This document shows, piece by piece, positions 52,301-60,716 of a DNA stretch of 64,000 nucleotides. Numbering within the stretch: the first letter of the stretch is position 1; the number at the start of each line of letters is the position of its first letter. The stretch is from an uncultured Planctomycetota bacterium (GTDB lineage: Bacteria; Planctomycetota; Phycisphaerae; Tepidisphaerales; Tepidisphaeraceae): the NCBI GenBank assembly GCA_963841915.1, contig CAWJEN010000005.1, forward strand, positions 576,001 to 640,000, written 5' to 3'. The translations under genes and the position numbers were made by a program. The notes under the pieces are model-generated. The model was not told where the DNA came from, made no database searches, and worked only from the letters and a program-made list of their open reading frames with translations.

Positions 52301-53873
52301 ACAGGCGTGGGTCGCTCGGCTCGCCGACACGCTCGACGGCGGCAGGGCGGCTGACGAGGCGGATCTCGTCGTTCCGAGTCAGGTGTTGTGCCTCGACCCA
52401 GCCGCGGGCGCGGGTCCAGACCTTGTGATCGCGGGTGAGTTTGATCTTGTAGCCGCTCTCGGTGCGGAGCTCGAAGACCTCTTTGGTGCCGGTCGGGAAC
52501 GCGCCTTCGACGACGTGAACTTCCTGCTCGTCGACGTTGGTGACGACGCGGGCCGGCAGGTGGATCATCTCGTCGATCCGCCGCCAGATACCGCCGGGCG
52601 TGAGGACGCGGGTGTCACCGGTGACACACGGGTTGCTGGCGTTGATGCGACCGCCGGTGGGGCACGTGTGCCAGGCATTGATGGTGCTGTCGTACTGCAC
52701 GCCCGGGTCGGCACAACGCCACGCGGCGCGGCTGATCTGGTCCCACAGGTCGCGAGCTTTGAGCGTCTTGTTCTCGCTGCCGTCGGTTCTGTTGTAAAGC
52801 GTCCAATCGCCGTCATTTTCCAAAGCCTTGAAGAAGGCATCGGGGATGCGGACTGAGTTGTTGGAGTTCTGGCCCGAAACGGTGAAGTAGGCCTCGCCGT
52901 TGAAGTCATAATCGAGCTTCAGGCCCAGCTCCTTGGCGAGCGCCTTCTGGTCGTCGGGCAGGTGCTTGATGCCTTCGGCGAGCGCAGCGACCTTGAGTTC
53001 TTCGCGGACCTTCCAGTTGACGAAGTCTTCGATGTCGGGGTGGTCGAGATCGAGGCAGACCATCTTGGCGGCGCGACGCGTGGTGCCACCGGACTTGATG
53101 GCTCCGGCGGCGCGGTCGCCGATCTTGAGGAACGACATCAGACCCGAGCTCTTACCGCCACCCGATAGCGGCTCGTTCTCGCCACGGACGTGAGAGAAGT
53201 TGCTGCCCGTTCCGCTGCCGTACTTGAAGAGACGAGCTTCGCGGGTCCACAGGTCCATGATCCCGCCCTCGTTGACGAGGTCGTCGCTGACGGACTGGAT
53301 GAAGCACGCGTGTGGCTGCGGCCGCTCGTACGCGCTGGTGGCCTTCTTGACCTGCTCGTCGGACGGGTCGACGAAGTAGTGCCCCTGTGCCGGACCGGTG
53401 ATGCCGTAGGCGTGGTGCAGGCCGGTGTTGAACCATTGCGGCGAGTTGGGCGCCGACATTTGGTGCAGCAACATGTACTTCAGCTCGTCGCCGAACGCGT
53501 CAGCATCGGCTTCGCTGTCGAAGTAGCCACGCGTCTTGCCCCAATGTGTCCAGCAGTCGGCGAGCCTGCCGATGACCTGTTTGGCCGACTTTTCGGGGCC
53601 GGTGACGACGGTGCCGTCTTCGTGGCGCAGGACGTTGCCATCCTCGCCGATCTGCGGGACGCCGGCCTTACGGAAGTACTTGCTGACCATGATGTCGGTC
53701 GCAAGCTGGCTCCAGAACTCGGGCACCTCGGCGTCGTTCATTTCGAAGACGACGCTGCCGTCGGGGTTGCCGATGCGGCTGGTCCGCTTGGCGTAGGTGA
53801 CACCCGCAAAGACGTCGCACTTTCCGTCGGCGTCTTGGGGAAGGTCAGCGGTGAAACGGCGTTCGATCTTCAT
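49320..53873 (-). CDS. nrdJ: Class II (B12-dependent) ribonucleotide reductase with intein and C-terminal TSCPD/zinc ribbon
   Basis: PNSPQWFNTG, PQPHACFI, ASNP/CSE, IAPTGTI, SGAISKTIN, CDVCG..CLNCG. Confidence 0.96.
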   Translation of the reverse strand: MKIERRFTADLPQDADGKCDVFAGVTYAKRTSRIGNPDGSVVFEMNDAEVPEFWSQLATDIMVSKYFRKAGVPQIGEDGNVLRHEDGTVVTGPEKSAKQVIGRLADCWTHWGKTRGYFDSEADADAFGDELKYMLLHQMSAPNSPQWFNTGLHHAYGITGPAQGHYFVDPSDEQVKKATSAYERPQPHACFIQSVSDDLVNEGGIMDLWTREARLFKYGSGTGSNFSHVRGENEPLSGGGKSSGLMSFLKIGDRAAGAIKSGGTTRRAAKMVCLDLDHPDIEDFVNWKVREELKVAALAEGIKHLPDDQKALAKELGLKLDYDFNGEAYFTVSGQNSNNSVRIPDAFFKALENDGDWTLYNRTDGSENKTLKARDLWDQISRAAWRCADPGVQYDSTINAWHTCPTGGRINASNPCVTGDTRVLTPGGIWRRIDEMIHLPARVVTNVDEQEVHVVEGAFPTGTKEVFELRTESGYKIKLTRDHKVWTRARGWVEAQHLTRNDEIRLVSRPAAVERVGEPSDPRLFHLAGFLLSDANGTGGELDLARVGLDTDDLGSYAGYVADHWGEAARVRREPVLGDDRGIFAEQETTTLVAEPATKSDDRRMIGRLGAFIRTPFTGGRRLSGDAFTAGLAAQKHLLRGLFTADGIVTSETVGLRTSRLGLLEDVQLLLIGFGIRCTVTGDEGDAVLRVDPACLSLFAEHVGFLDETKSAALSLAVDNDPTSGALCDNWDRIGGLEPLGVEQVFDLTEPVTSSFVANGVTVHNCSEYMFLDDTACNLASLNLIQFFDTKTKQFDLDAYKHAVRLWTVVLEISVVMASFPSEEIAELSYKYRTLGLGYANLGAMLMQSGIAYDSDEGRAICGALTAVMTGESYATSAEMAREHGPFPGFGPDKENMLRVIRNHRRAAYAAPHSDYEGLDVLPVAINADAFDGSTPLLESSVLDAARKAWDRALDLGTRHGYRNAQTTVIAPTGTIGLLMDCDTTGVEPDFALVKFKKLAGGGYFKIANAGLLPAMTSLGYDAKQADDIMKFVLGTLTLNGDTPVNRATLAERGLTNEELDKIEKGLPAAFELPFAFSPWSLSAETLARLNVTDEQKNDPSFSLLRHLGFSKHDIEQSGIVICGRGTVEGAPHLKAEYYDVFDCANKCGKTGTRYIAAEGHIKMMAAAQPFISGAISKTINLPNEATVDEVQAAYEQSWKLGLKANALYRDGSKLSQPLNVKSDADEEADDEANVEAGQAEVATDVVRAAEQLSNLEHAEPRVIEKIIERVVHRPLRRKLSDTRDAKTHKFDIAGHEGYITVGLYDDNTPGEIFITMNKEGSTVGGLMDTIATLASLALQYGVKVEDLVRKFEHVRFEPSGMSRNRDIPMAKSLVDYIFRWLGMEFIPGYRAANAPNRGPVTPAKAPAAPATPATNGNGNGHATVKPDTKPVAPLTPTESAGGTAVLIRPSPATSAVNAPVAGRLATTVRAPAQDPLSLAGTAAQSDAPACDVCGSITVRSGTCYKCLNCGNSMGCS
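51579..52628 (-). mobile_element. 350-aa intein with LAGLIDADG-like region
   Basis: CVTGDT start, TRDHKV block B, VFDL..FVANGVTVHN/C end; LAGFLLSDANG and LRGLFTADG. Confidence 0.93.
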
Positions 53874-54043
53874 GGCAGAGGGGCAGCGAAAACAGAGGTA
53901 CAGCAGGCAGAAAACAGGCAGCGGACAGTGAGCAGCAGGCAGCAGAGTGGCGGGCGTGGGCGTGGGCGTGGGCGCACCCACCAACCAGCCCGCGTCGTCG
54001 CGGGCTTCAAAAGGTCGGACCAGCTGCAACAGCATTGAGGCGA

Positions 54044-54448
54044 CTATGGCGTTTCGAGCGTGCGGCTGACGTAGAGCCCGATCTGATCGTTCGGGTCGAT
54101 CGTCCCTTCCCAGATGGAATCGTTATCGAACGTGGCGCCGTCTTCGCCAATGCTCACTTCACCGTCTTCGTCGGCAACATCGCTGCTGAGCAGCTTGTCG
54201 CTGCTTTCGCTAACGAGGAAGTAACGTTGGCCCTCGACAAGGTCGTAGCTGATGTCGCCACCGCCTTGGAAGACGGCGACGCGGACGGCATCGGCCGGCA
54301 CGCTGTTAAGAACGGGCCGGGGCTCAAGGCCACTGGGGACGGGGGCCAGGCCAGGCTTCTTGTCGCCTTCGGCAGCGCAGCCGGCAACGGCGAGCGAGAG
54401 GGCAAAGGCGCCGGCGACGGCGAAGGGTGTGATGCGTGCGTATTTCAT
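54044..54448 (-). CDS. Hypothetical lipoprotein
   Basis: VAGC lipobox; AAGGA RBS. Confidence 0.75.
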   Translation of the reverse strand: MKYARITPFAVAGAFALSLAVAGCAAEGDKKPGLAPVPSGLEPRPVLNSVPADAVRVAVFQGGGDISYDLVEGQRYFLVSESSDKLLSSDVADEDGEVSIGEDGATFDNDSIWEGTIDPNDQIGLYVSRTLETP

Positions 54449-54551
54449 ATGTGATTCCTTCCGAGATGCGGGCAACAACACGTCGCTCGCCGATCCAAAC
54501 ATAACCCGTCCAACAGATTCGCGAAAGCTCCATCCGCGATCTGGAAAAAGT

Positions 54552-55125
54552 TCAGTCGACCATCGGCAGGGTCAGGCCGTTCTGGTCCTGGTATTTGCCA
54601 CCCTTGTCGGCGTAGCTGACGCCGCAGACGCGGCTGGCCTGCAGGAAGAGCATCTGGGCGATGCCTTCATTGGCGTAGACCTTGGCCGGTAGCGGCGTGG
54701 TGTTGCTGATTTCGAGCGTGACCTTGCCACGCCATTCGGGTTCGAGGGGCGTGACGTTCACGATCAGGCCGCATCGTGCGTAGGTACTTTTGCCGACGCA
54801 GATCGCCAGCACATCGCGAGGGATCTTCATCTCTTCGACCGTCTCGGCCAAGGCGAACGAGTTGGGCGGAATGATGACGTGATCACGGCCGGTGTTCTTG
54901 GTGTCGATGGTGACGAACATGTCGTCGCCAAAGGCCTTTGGGATCGACAATTGCCTGACCGCCGTGCGGACTGGTGGGCGTGAAGATTTTGAAGAGGCTG
55001 CCGACGCGAACGTCGTAGCCGTAGGAGGAGACGCCGTAGCTGACGCGGCCGCCACGGCGGACGTTTTCCTCGAACGGTTCGATGCCGACGAGTTCGCGAA
55101 TCTGGCTGTCACAGAGAATGCTCAT
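54552..55125 (-). pseudogene. dcd: dCTP deaminase, frameshifted near 54938 (possible sequencing error)
   Basis: [17 protein letters not shown] in one frame; [29 protein letters not shown] in another. Confidence 0.9.
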
Positions 55126-55185
55126 GGGCGTGGAATCGGGGTGGCAAGGGTCGTGCCAGATGTGTCTGACCGCGGCGGGCACGAT

Positions 55186-55232
55186 ACACAACATGTGGTG
55201 CTAGACAAGAGAACTTCTACGGCCACTTGTGT
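55186..55232. promoter_or_regulatory. NrdR box with a possible weak second box
   Basis: ACACAACATGTGGTGC at 55186-55201; CTACGGCCACTTGTGT 31 bp further. Confidence 0.7.
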
Positions 55233-55638
55233 TTTCGGACGTTAACGGCCACCGAACGCTTGGCGCAAGTGGCGTCACGAAACTGGCTTAGCATGTGCTT
55301 TCAAACTAACCACACAGTCGTCGCAACTCTCACCGTCATCGACGGCGCGCCACGTCGTCCACAAGCGGCCGACAATCCGTTTTGGCAGTCGGCAACAACC
55401 CGCCAAGGGCGCGCGACCTTAGCTCCGTCAACCCGTCGTGGTCGGCCGCCCCATCGACCTAGCGCCGGCTGTCGACCAAGTCACTTTTGACGCTCTGGGA
55501 GTGTCGATGCGGCGTTGTTTTTGCAACGTTCGACCCGCTCGATCGTCTGATAAGCGGTGGATCTACCGGTCAACCCGCACGGACTCGGGTTGACCGTAAG
55601 ATAAGTGCCCGCCGCACCCGAACGAAACGACTGATCTG

Positions 55639-57508
55639 ATGCCACGCCCCACCTATTCCGCTGCCCGTCTCGCCCTTGCGACCGCTGGCGTCCTCGCCCT
55701 AGCGACAGCCGCTCAAGGTCAGTATCGCGTCGAACAGGACGGCGGCGCTCTCGACGCTAACCCTCGCCTCGGCTCCGGCGGCAGCAACACCGCCGGCAGA
55801 CCCGTCAACAACGGCTACGGCGCGTACGACAACCCCTATGTCTCGGGCACCTACGGCGCGTACGGCAACAACGTCGTTACGGGCAACGTCACCGGCGGAC
55901 GCCAGTTCCGCGGCAGCGTCGGGTACGGTGACCCGCGTGCCTTCCGCGACGGTACTGCCGGGGCCGAGTTCGACGCCTTCAACCGCAGCGCATCGGGTGT
56001 CACGACCGGTGGGCAGCTCATCAATTACGCCGACGCAGGCAGCTCCAGGCCCTTCTTCGGCGACAACACCGTCGCCAACCCGCCGGCCGACTTCGTCCGC
56101 ACGCCCGGCTCCGGCGGGTTCGTTCCCAGCGTCAGCGCCGGCGCGTCGGCCGAAATCAACCGCCCCAGCGACTACGCCCTCGGCAGCGACCCGACCGTCC
56201 GCAACCTCACCGGGAATGCCGACCAGTCTCCTCTGACCCGTCTGTTCAGCGGCGGAGCGCTCGATGTCGATTCGGCCACGCCGGCCAACGATGCCGAGCA
56301 ACCGCAGGATCGGGCGACCGCTCCTGAAGCCCTGCTGCTCGGCGGCAGGCTCACGGGCAGCTCCACCGACCGCAGTCTGGCCGACGTCGGGGGTCGCACG
56401 CTTTCGCCTTATACCCGGCTCGGCCGCGACAACCGTCTCAGCGGCCTGACCGGTGACCGCATCCGCGCACTTGGTGGTGAACTCCTCCGCGACGAGCAGG
56501 GCAACGCCGTCGGTGACGACGAGGTCGACGCCCTGCTCCAGGCACCGGGCGGCAAGGCAGTCGATGCGACGGCCAATCCTGCCGACGGCGCTACCGGCCT
56601 CGACCGCATCGAGCAGGCCGTCAACGTAAACGACCGCATGCTCCGCCTGGCCGACCCGGCCGAGCAGAGCGCTCGAGTACGCCCAACTGCAGCGTCGGCT
56701 CGACCGCTTCAAGGCCGACCCGTTCAGCGAACAGTTACGGCTTCGCGGTGGCAGGGCACAGCCGAACGAAGGCGACGCACCCGACGGTGGGCTCAACAAC
56801 CTGCCGGGTCTCGACCTGGGCGGGCTCGTGCCTGATCTGGGACCGATGCCGCAAGACGAGGGCGTCGAAGGCGAGGGTGAGTTTGCACCAGTCGGCCCGG
56901 CATCGCGTCCGGTCGATGACGACGCGCCACAATTCGTTCCTGAAGACGAGCGTCGTTTGGCGGCAGACCCGCCGGTGAATGTTGACAGCTTTGCGGCGGG
57001 CGTGTCGAGTCCGGCGTTGAAGGCGATGCTCGCCGACGCCGAGGAGCTTTTGGCCACCGGCCGGTACGCCGACGCCGTTGCCCGTTATGAGGCGGCCGGT
57101 CAGCTTGTGCCGAATCAGCCGCTGGTGCTGTTGGGCCGCGGCACGAGCGAGCTCGCCGCCGGCTTTTATCGCCGAAGTGCCGGCACGTTGCGTGGCGCGA
57201 TCACGAACTACCCTGAGCTTGCGATGGCCCGCGTCAACGTCGTCGACATGATCGGCGGCGAGCGGACCGACACGCTCGCAGAAGATCTTCGCCAGCTGGC
57301 AGAAGAGCAACCGCAAAGCGATGTGCCCGTCTTCTTGCTCGCTTACCTCAGCTACGCGGGCGGCGACTTCGACAGAGCCGACGGGCTTCTCGTCGTGGCA
57401 GAGGAACGCAGCGGCGATCCGTTCTACGCAGCGGTTCGGCGTCTATGGCTCCCCGGCACCGCGGGCGACGCCCCGGCGACAAGGCCTGCGACGGATTTGC
57501 AGAAGTAG
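55639..57508 (+). pseudogene. Secreted protein with C-terminal TPR, frameshifted near 56672 (possible sequencing error)
   Basis: Signal peptide; the frame switches to EYAQLQRRLDRF.. and continues into AEELLATGRYADAVARY TPR. Confidence 0.72.
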
Positions 57509-57520
57509 CGGGATGTCGAG

Positions 57521-57988
57521 TCACCGGACCTGACCTGCAGGGCCCGACGACTCGTTGATGAACCTCGCCAGCAGCTCGCCACGGCTGACGACGCCGAAGG
57601 TCTTGTGAATCGTCTTGACGTGGTCGTGCACCGTGTGCCGACTGATGCCAAGCAACAGGGCGACCTGTTTTTCCGAATCGCCCTCGAGCAGGCGTTCGAG
57701 GACCTGAGCCGTTCGCGGCGTCAGCGTGTCGCGTTGTGCTGCCAGTTGCGGATCGGCCGCGGGCGGCGGTGGCACCTCGCCAGCGACCGGGCGACTGGCC
57801 AGCGTGTCGAGGTAGTGACCGACCCGCCTGTAGTAGTCGGCCAGCAGCTGCCGACGCGTGTCGCGTGGGCCTTGCTCGCCGGCCAGTCGATCCCCCAACT
57901 CCGCCTCGGCAGCGGCGACGGCGGCGGGCACGAAGCGATCTCGTCGTGGCCCCGGAGGATGTGACGGAGCCACGCTCACGCCCGACAT
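57521..57988 (-). CDS. LuxR-type HTH regulator
   Basis: LTPRTAQVL..GDSEKQVA..LGISRHTVHDHVKTIHKTFGV. Confidence 0.88.
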   Translation of the reverse strand: MSGVSVAPSHPPGPRRDRFVPAAVAAAEAELGDRLAGEQGPRDTRRQLLADYYRRVGHYLDTLASRPVAGEVPPPPAADPQLAAQRDTLTPRTAQVLERLLEGDSEKQVALLLGISRHTVHDHVKTIHKTFGVVSRGELLARFINESSGPAGQVR

Positions 57989-58067
57989 TATGCGTCATCG
58001 CCCACGCTGTCGGATGTCTCGGTGACGCGACGATGTCAAAGCCATGCCGACCGCTCCACGGAAAAGG

Positions 58068-59093
58068 ATGCCGTGCCAACCGCCCTTTGGGCTCACGTTC
58101 TTTGCCATGATGCTCTTTGGCGGCCCGACCGCTCACGGGCAGCTCCAGCCCGTCCCGCCAGAACCCGCAGGTCCCGCCGAGGCCAAGGAAACCATCGTCG
58201 TCCAGCTCAACAGCGGCACGCGGCTGCGCGGCACGCTCCAAGAAGAGACCGACGAGTTCCTTGTCCTCGATGCCGACGGGCTGGGAGAAACCACCGTCGC
58301 CAAGTCGTCGATCGCGACGCGGCTCAAGTCTGATGTGAAGCTCGGGCCCAATCCAACCAAGGCAGAGCTGCCGGCACCGGGCCTCTTTGGCACGACCATC
58401 CTCGACGGCTTCGACAAGAGCATTTCGCTCGGCATCAGCGGTCGCGAGGCCGAGTCGAGCGACCTGACGCTCAACGTCGCCGCCGATGCCAACTTCAACG
58501 GGGACGACCGTCGCTGGCGGTTCAGCAGCGCGTACTTCTACTCGACGAGCGACGGTAACCGGACGCAGGACGAAGGCTTTGCCAACCTGCGTCGCGACTG
58601 GAAGCTGCCCGCCCGGCCGCCCTTCATCTTTGCCGAAGGTCGCCTGCAGTACGACGACTTCCAGGCGTGGCAGTTCCGTGCAGGCGGATTCGCAGGTGTC
58701 GGCTACTCCGTCTCCGGCAAGGAGAACGTCAAGAAGGGTCAATGGCCTCGCATTCGCAACGAAGACCTGACCCTGCTGGGCCGCGTCGGTGTCGGTGGCA
58801 GCTACGAGTGGGGCACGATCAACGCGTTCATGCCCGAAGCCCTCGTCGCCGTCGAAGCCGGTTACGCGTTCGACGGCAACAAGACGATCTCGTTCATCAA
58901 CACCCTCTTCCCCGACCTCGAAGACACCGGCGAATACCGCAATACCACCGAACTGACGGCCGGCATGACGCTCGACCAGGCCCGCGGGCTCAGTTTGAAA
59001 GTCGGCGCGTTCAACGAGTATCTCAGCATGACCGAAGGCGACACGCCGCACAATTCGCTGACGTACTTCGTTCGACTCGTGCTCGATTTTTGA
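58068..59093 (+). CDS. DUF481-like outer-membrane beta-barrel
   Basis: YDDFQAW.FR..GVGY strands; terminal Phe (LVLDF). Confidence 0.8.
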   Translation: MPCQPPFGLTFFAMMLFGGPTAHGQLQPVPPEPAGPAEAKETIVVQLNSGTRLRGTLQEETDEFLVLDADGLGETTVAKSSIATRLKSDVKLGPNPTKAELPAPGLFGTTILDGFDKSISLGISGREAESSDLTLNVAADANFNGDDRRWRFSSAYFYSTSDGNRTQDEGFANLRRDWKLPARPPFIFAEGRLQYDDFQAWQFRAGGFAGVGYSVSGKENVKKGQWPRIRNEDLTLLGRVGVGGSYEWGTINAFMPEALVAVEAGYAFDGNKTISFINTLFPDLEDTGEYRNTTELTAGMTLDQARGLSLKVGAFNEYLSMTEGDTPHNSLTYFVRLVLDF

Positions 59094-59104
59094 GGCAAAA
59101 GCGT

Positions 59105-59385
59105 TGCGCCGCGGCGGCCAAATGGGGGGCCGAGAGGGTCGGTGGGGTCAAATGTTCCACGTGGAACATCGTCGACCCTCGCCACGACGCCTGACCGGGG
59201 TTGGTGCCCACCGCCGAGGGGCAAAATGTTCCACGTGGAACAATGTCAGCGTCGCCGCTACGTCGGCGGGTCGTCGGCCTTGCGGTGGCGGAGCGACGCC
59301 GATTACGGACATGTGACGTCACATCGCGCGTCTGGCGCGTGCGTGTGCTACGCCGTGCGACGTGCGCCGCCGCGGCCGCCTTGGC
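59105..59385 (+). repeat. ~280-bp repeated module carrying two parS-like sites (copy 2)
   Basis: TGTTCCACGTGGAACA at 59153-59168 and 59227-59242; shared blocks with 29991-30284. Confidence 0.8.
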
Positions 59386-59412
59386 GGCCGGCATCGCGGT
59401 CTACCGTCCGAC

Positions 59413-60249
59413 GTGAGCAACGTCCTGAACTTCGTCAAGATGCACGGCGCGGGCAACGACTACGTTTACGTCGACGCCGCCGCCGAAGGACTCGTTGACG
59501 CCGACGACCCGACGCTGGTCGACCTTGCCACACGCATCAGCAACAGGCAGTTCGGCGTCGGGGGCGACGGCCTCATCCTCGTCCTGCCCGACGACGACGC
59601 AGACGTCCGCATGCGCATGTTCAACATCGACGGTAGCGAAGGAACCATGTGCGGTAACGGCGTCCGCTGCGTCGCCAAGTTCGCCGTCGACCGCAGACTC
59701 GTCAGCCCCGATGCCGAGACGATCCGCGTCGCCACGCTCGGCGGCACACGCCACATCGGCATCGTCCGCCAAGCAGGTCACGTCGTCGGAGCATCGGTCG
59801 ATATGGGTCAGCCGACCATCGGCAACACAGACCAGCACCTGGCCGACCTCGACCTGACAGCCGTGCTCGTGGCGACGGGAAATCCGCACGCGGTGGTGTT
59901 TGTCGACGACCTGTCAGCTGTCGACCTGCCACGCGTCGGGCCACGCGTCTCATCACACAGCGACTTTCCCGGCGAGCTCAATGCCCACTTCGCCCAGGTC
60001 GTTGATCGCGGTCACGTCAAGGTCGCCCACTGGGAACGCGGCAGCGGCCCGACGCTCGCCTGCGGCACCGGTGCGTGTGCCACCTGCGTCGCCGGCGTGG
60101 TCACCGGCCGCCTCGACCGCGACGTCCTCGTCGATGTCCCGGGCGGTCAACTAAGGATCCAGTGGGACGAAGCGACCAACCACATGCACATGACCGGACC
60201 GGCTGTCACGGTCTTCGAAGGTAGCTGGCATCATCGCGAGTCAATCTAA
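59413..60249 (+). CDS. dapF: Diaminopimelate epimerase
   Basis: KMHGAGND, MCGNGVRC, GNPH, ERGSGPTLACGTGA. Confidence 0.96.
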   Translation: MSNVLNFVKMHGAGNDYVYVDAAAEGLVDADDPTLVDLATRISNRQFGVGGDGLILVLPDDDADVRMRMFNIDGSEGTMCGNGVRCVAKFAVDRRLVSPDAETIRVATLGGTRHIGIVRQAGHVVGASVDMGQPTIGNTDQHLADLDLTAVLVATGNPHAVVFVDDLSAVDLPRVGPRVSSHSDFPGELNAHFAQVVDRGHVKVAHWERGSGPTLACGTGACATCVAGVVTGRLDRDVLVDVPGGQLRIQWDEATNHMHMTGPAVTVFEGSWHHRESI

Positions 60250-60299
60250 AACGAGCAGCCGACGCAACACGTCGCGTGCAACGCCCCCGAGCCTGACGC

Positions 60300-60716
60300 T
60301 TAGTTTGCGGCAGGACCCGCGGCGGCCGGAAACAGCAGGTAGGGCCGCAGCTTCGTGGCGGTCGACGGGCCGATGCCGCTGACGTTCTGCAGGTCGTCGA
60401 GTGAGCCGAACGCGACACCGTCGGTGGCGTTGCGGTGGTCGAGGATGGCCTCTGCCTTGCCCGGGCCGATACCGGGCAGGACGGCCAGCTCTGCCGCGGT
60501 CGCGACGTTGGGATCAAGCACATCAAGCAGCTCGTTCGCCCGCGAACCGATCGGCGGCGGCGGGTCGAGCAGCGTCGAACCGCGGCCCGGCAGGACACAC
60601 GCGGTGCCAGCCGTCGCGAGCAGCATGACGAACGTCAGCCCACGTTGCTGGCGCTTCGTCCACGACCAGCGGTGTCCCGCCGGCCACGACCACGGGTTGC
60701 CGCCTACGTCGTTCAC
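60300..60716 (-). CDS. comEA: ComEA-like helix-hairpin-helix DNA-binding protein
   Basis: TM plus LPGIGPGKAEAI..VSGIGP. Confidence 0.82.
   Translation of the reverse strand: MNDVGGNPWSWPAGHRWSWTKRQQRGLTFVMLLATAGTACVLPGRGSTLLDPPPPIGSRANELLDVLDPNVATAAELAVLPGIGPGKAEAILDHRNATDGVAFGSLDDLQNVSGIGPSTATKLRPYLLFPAAAGPAAN

Noticed and set aside
53874..54043. Cobalamin riboswitch before nrdJ
   Set aside because: No recognisable B12-box sequence
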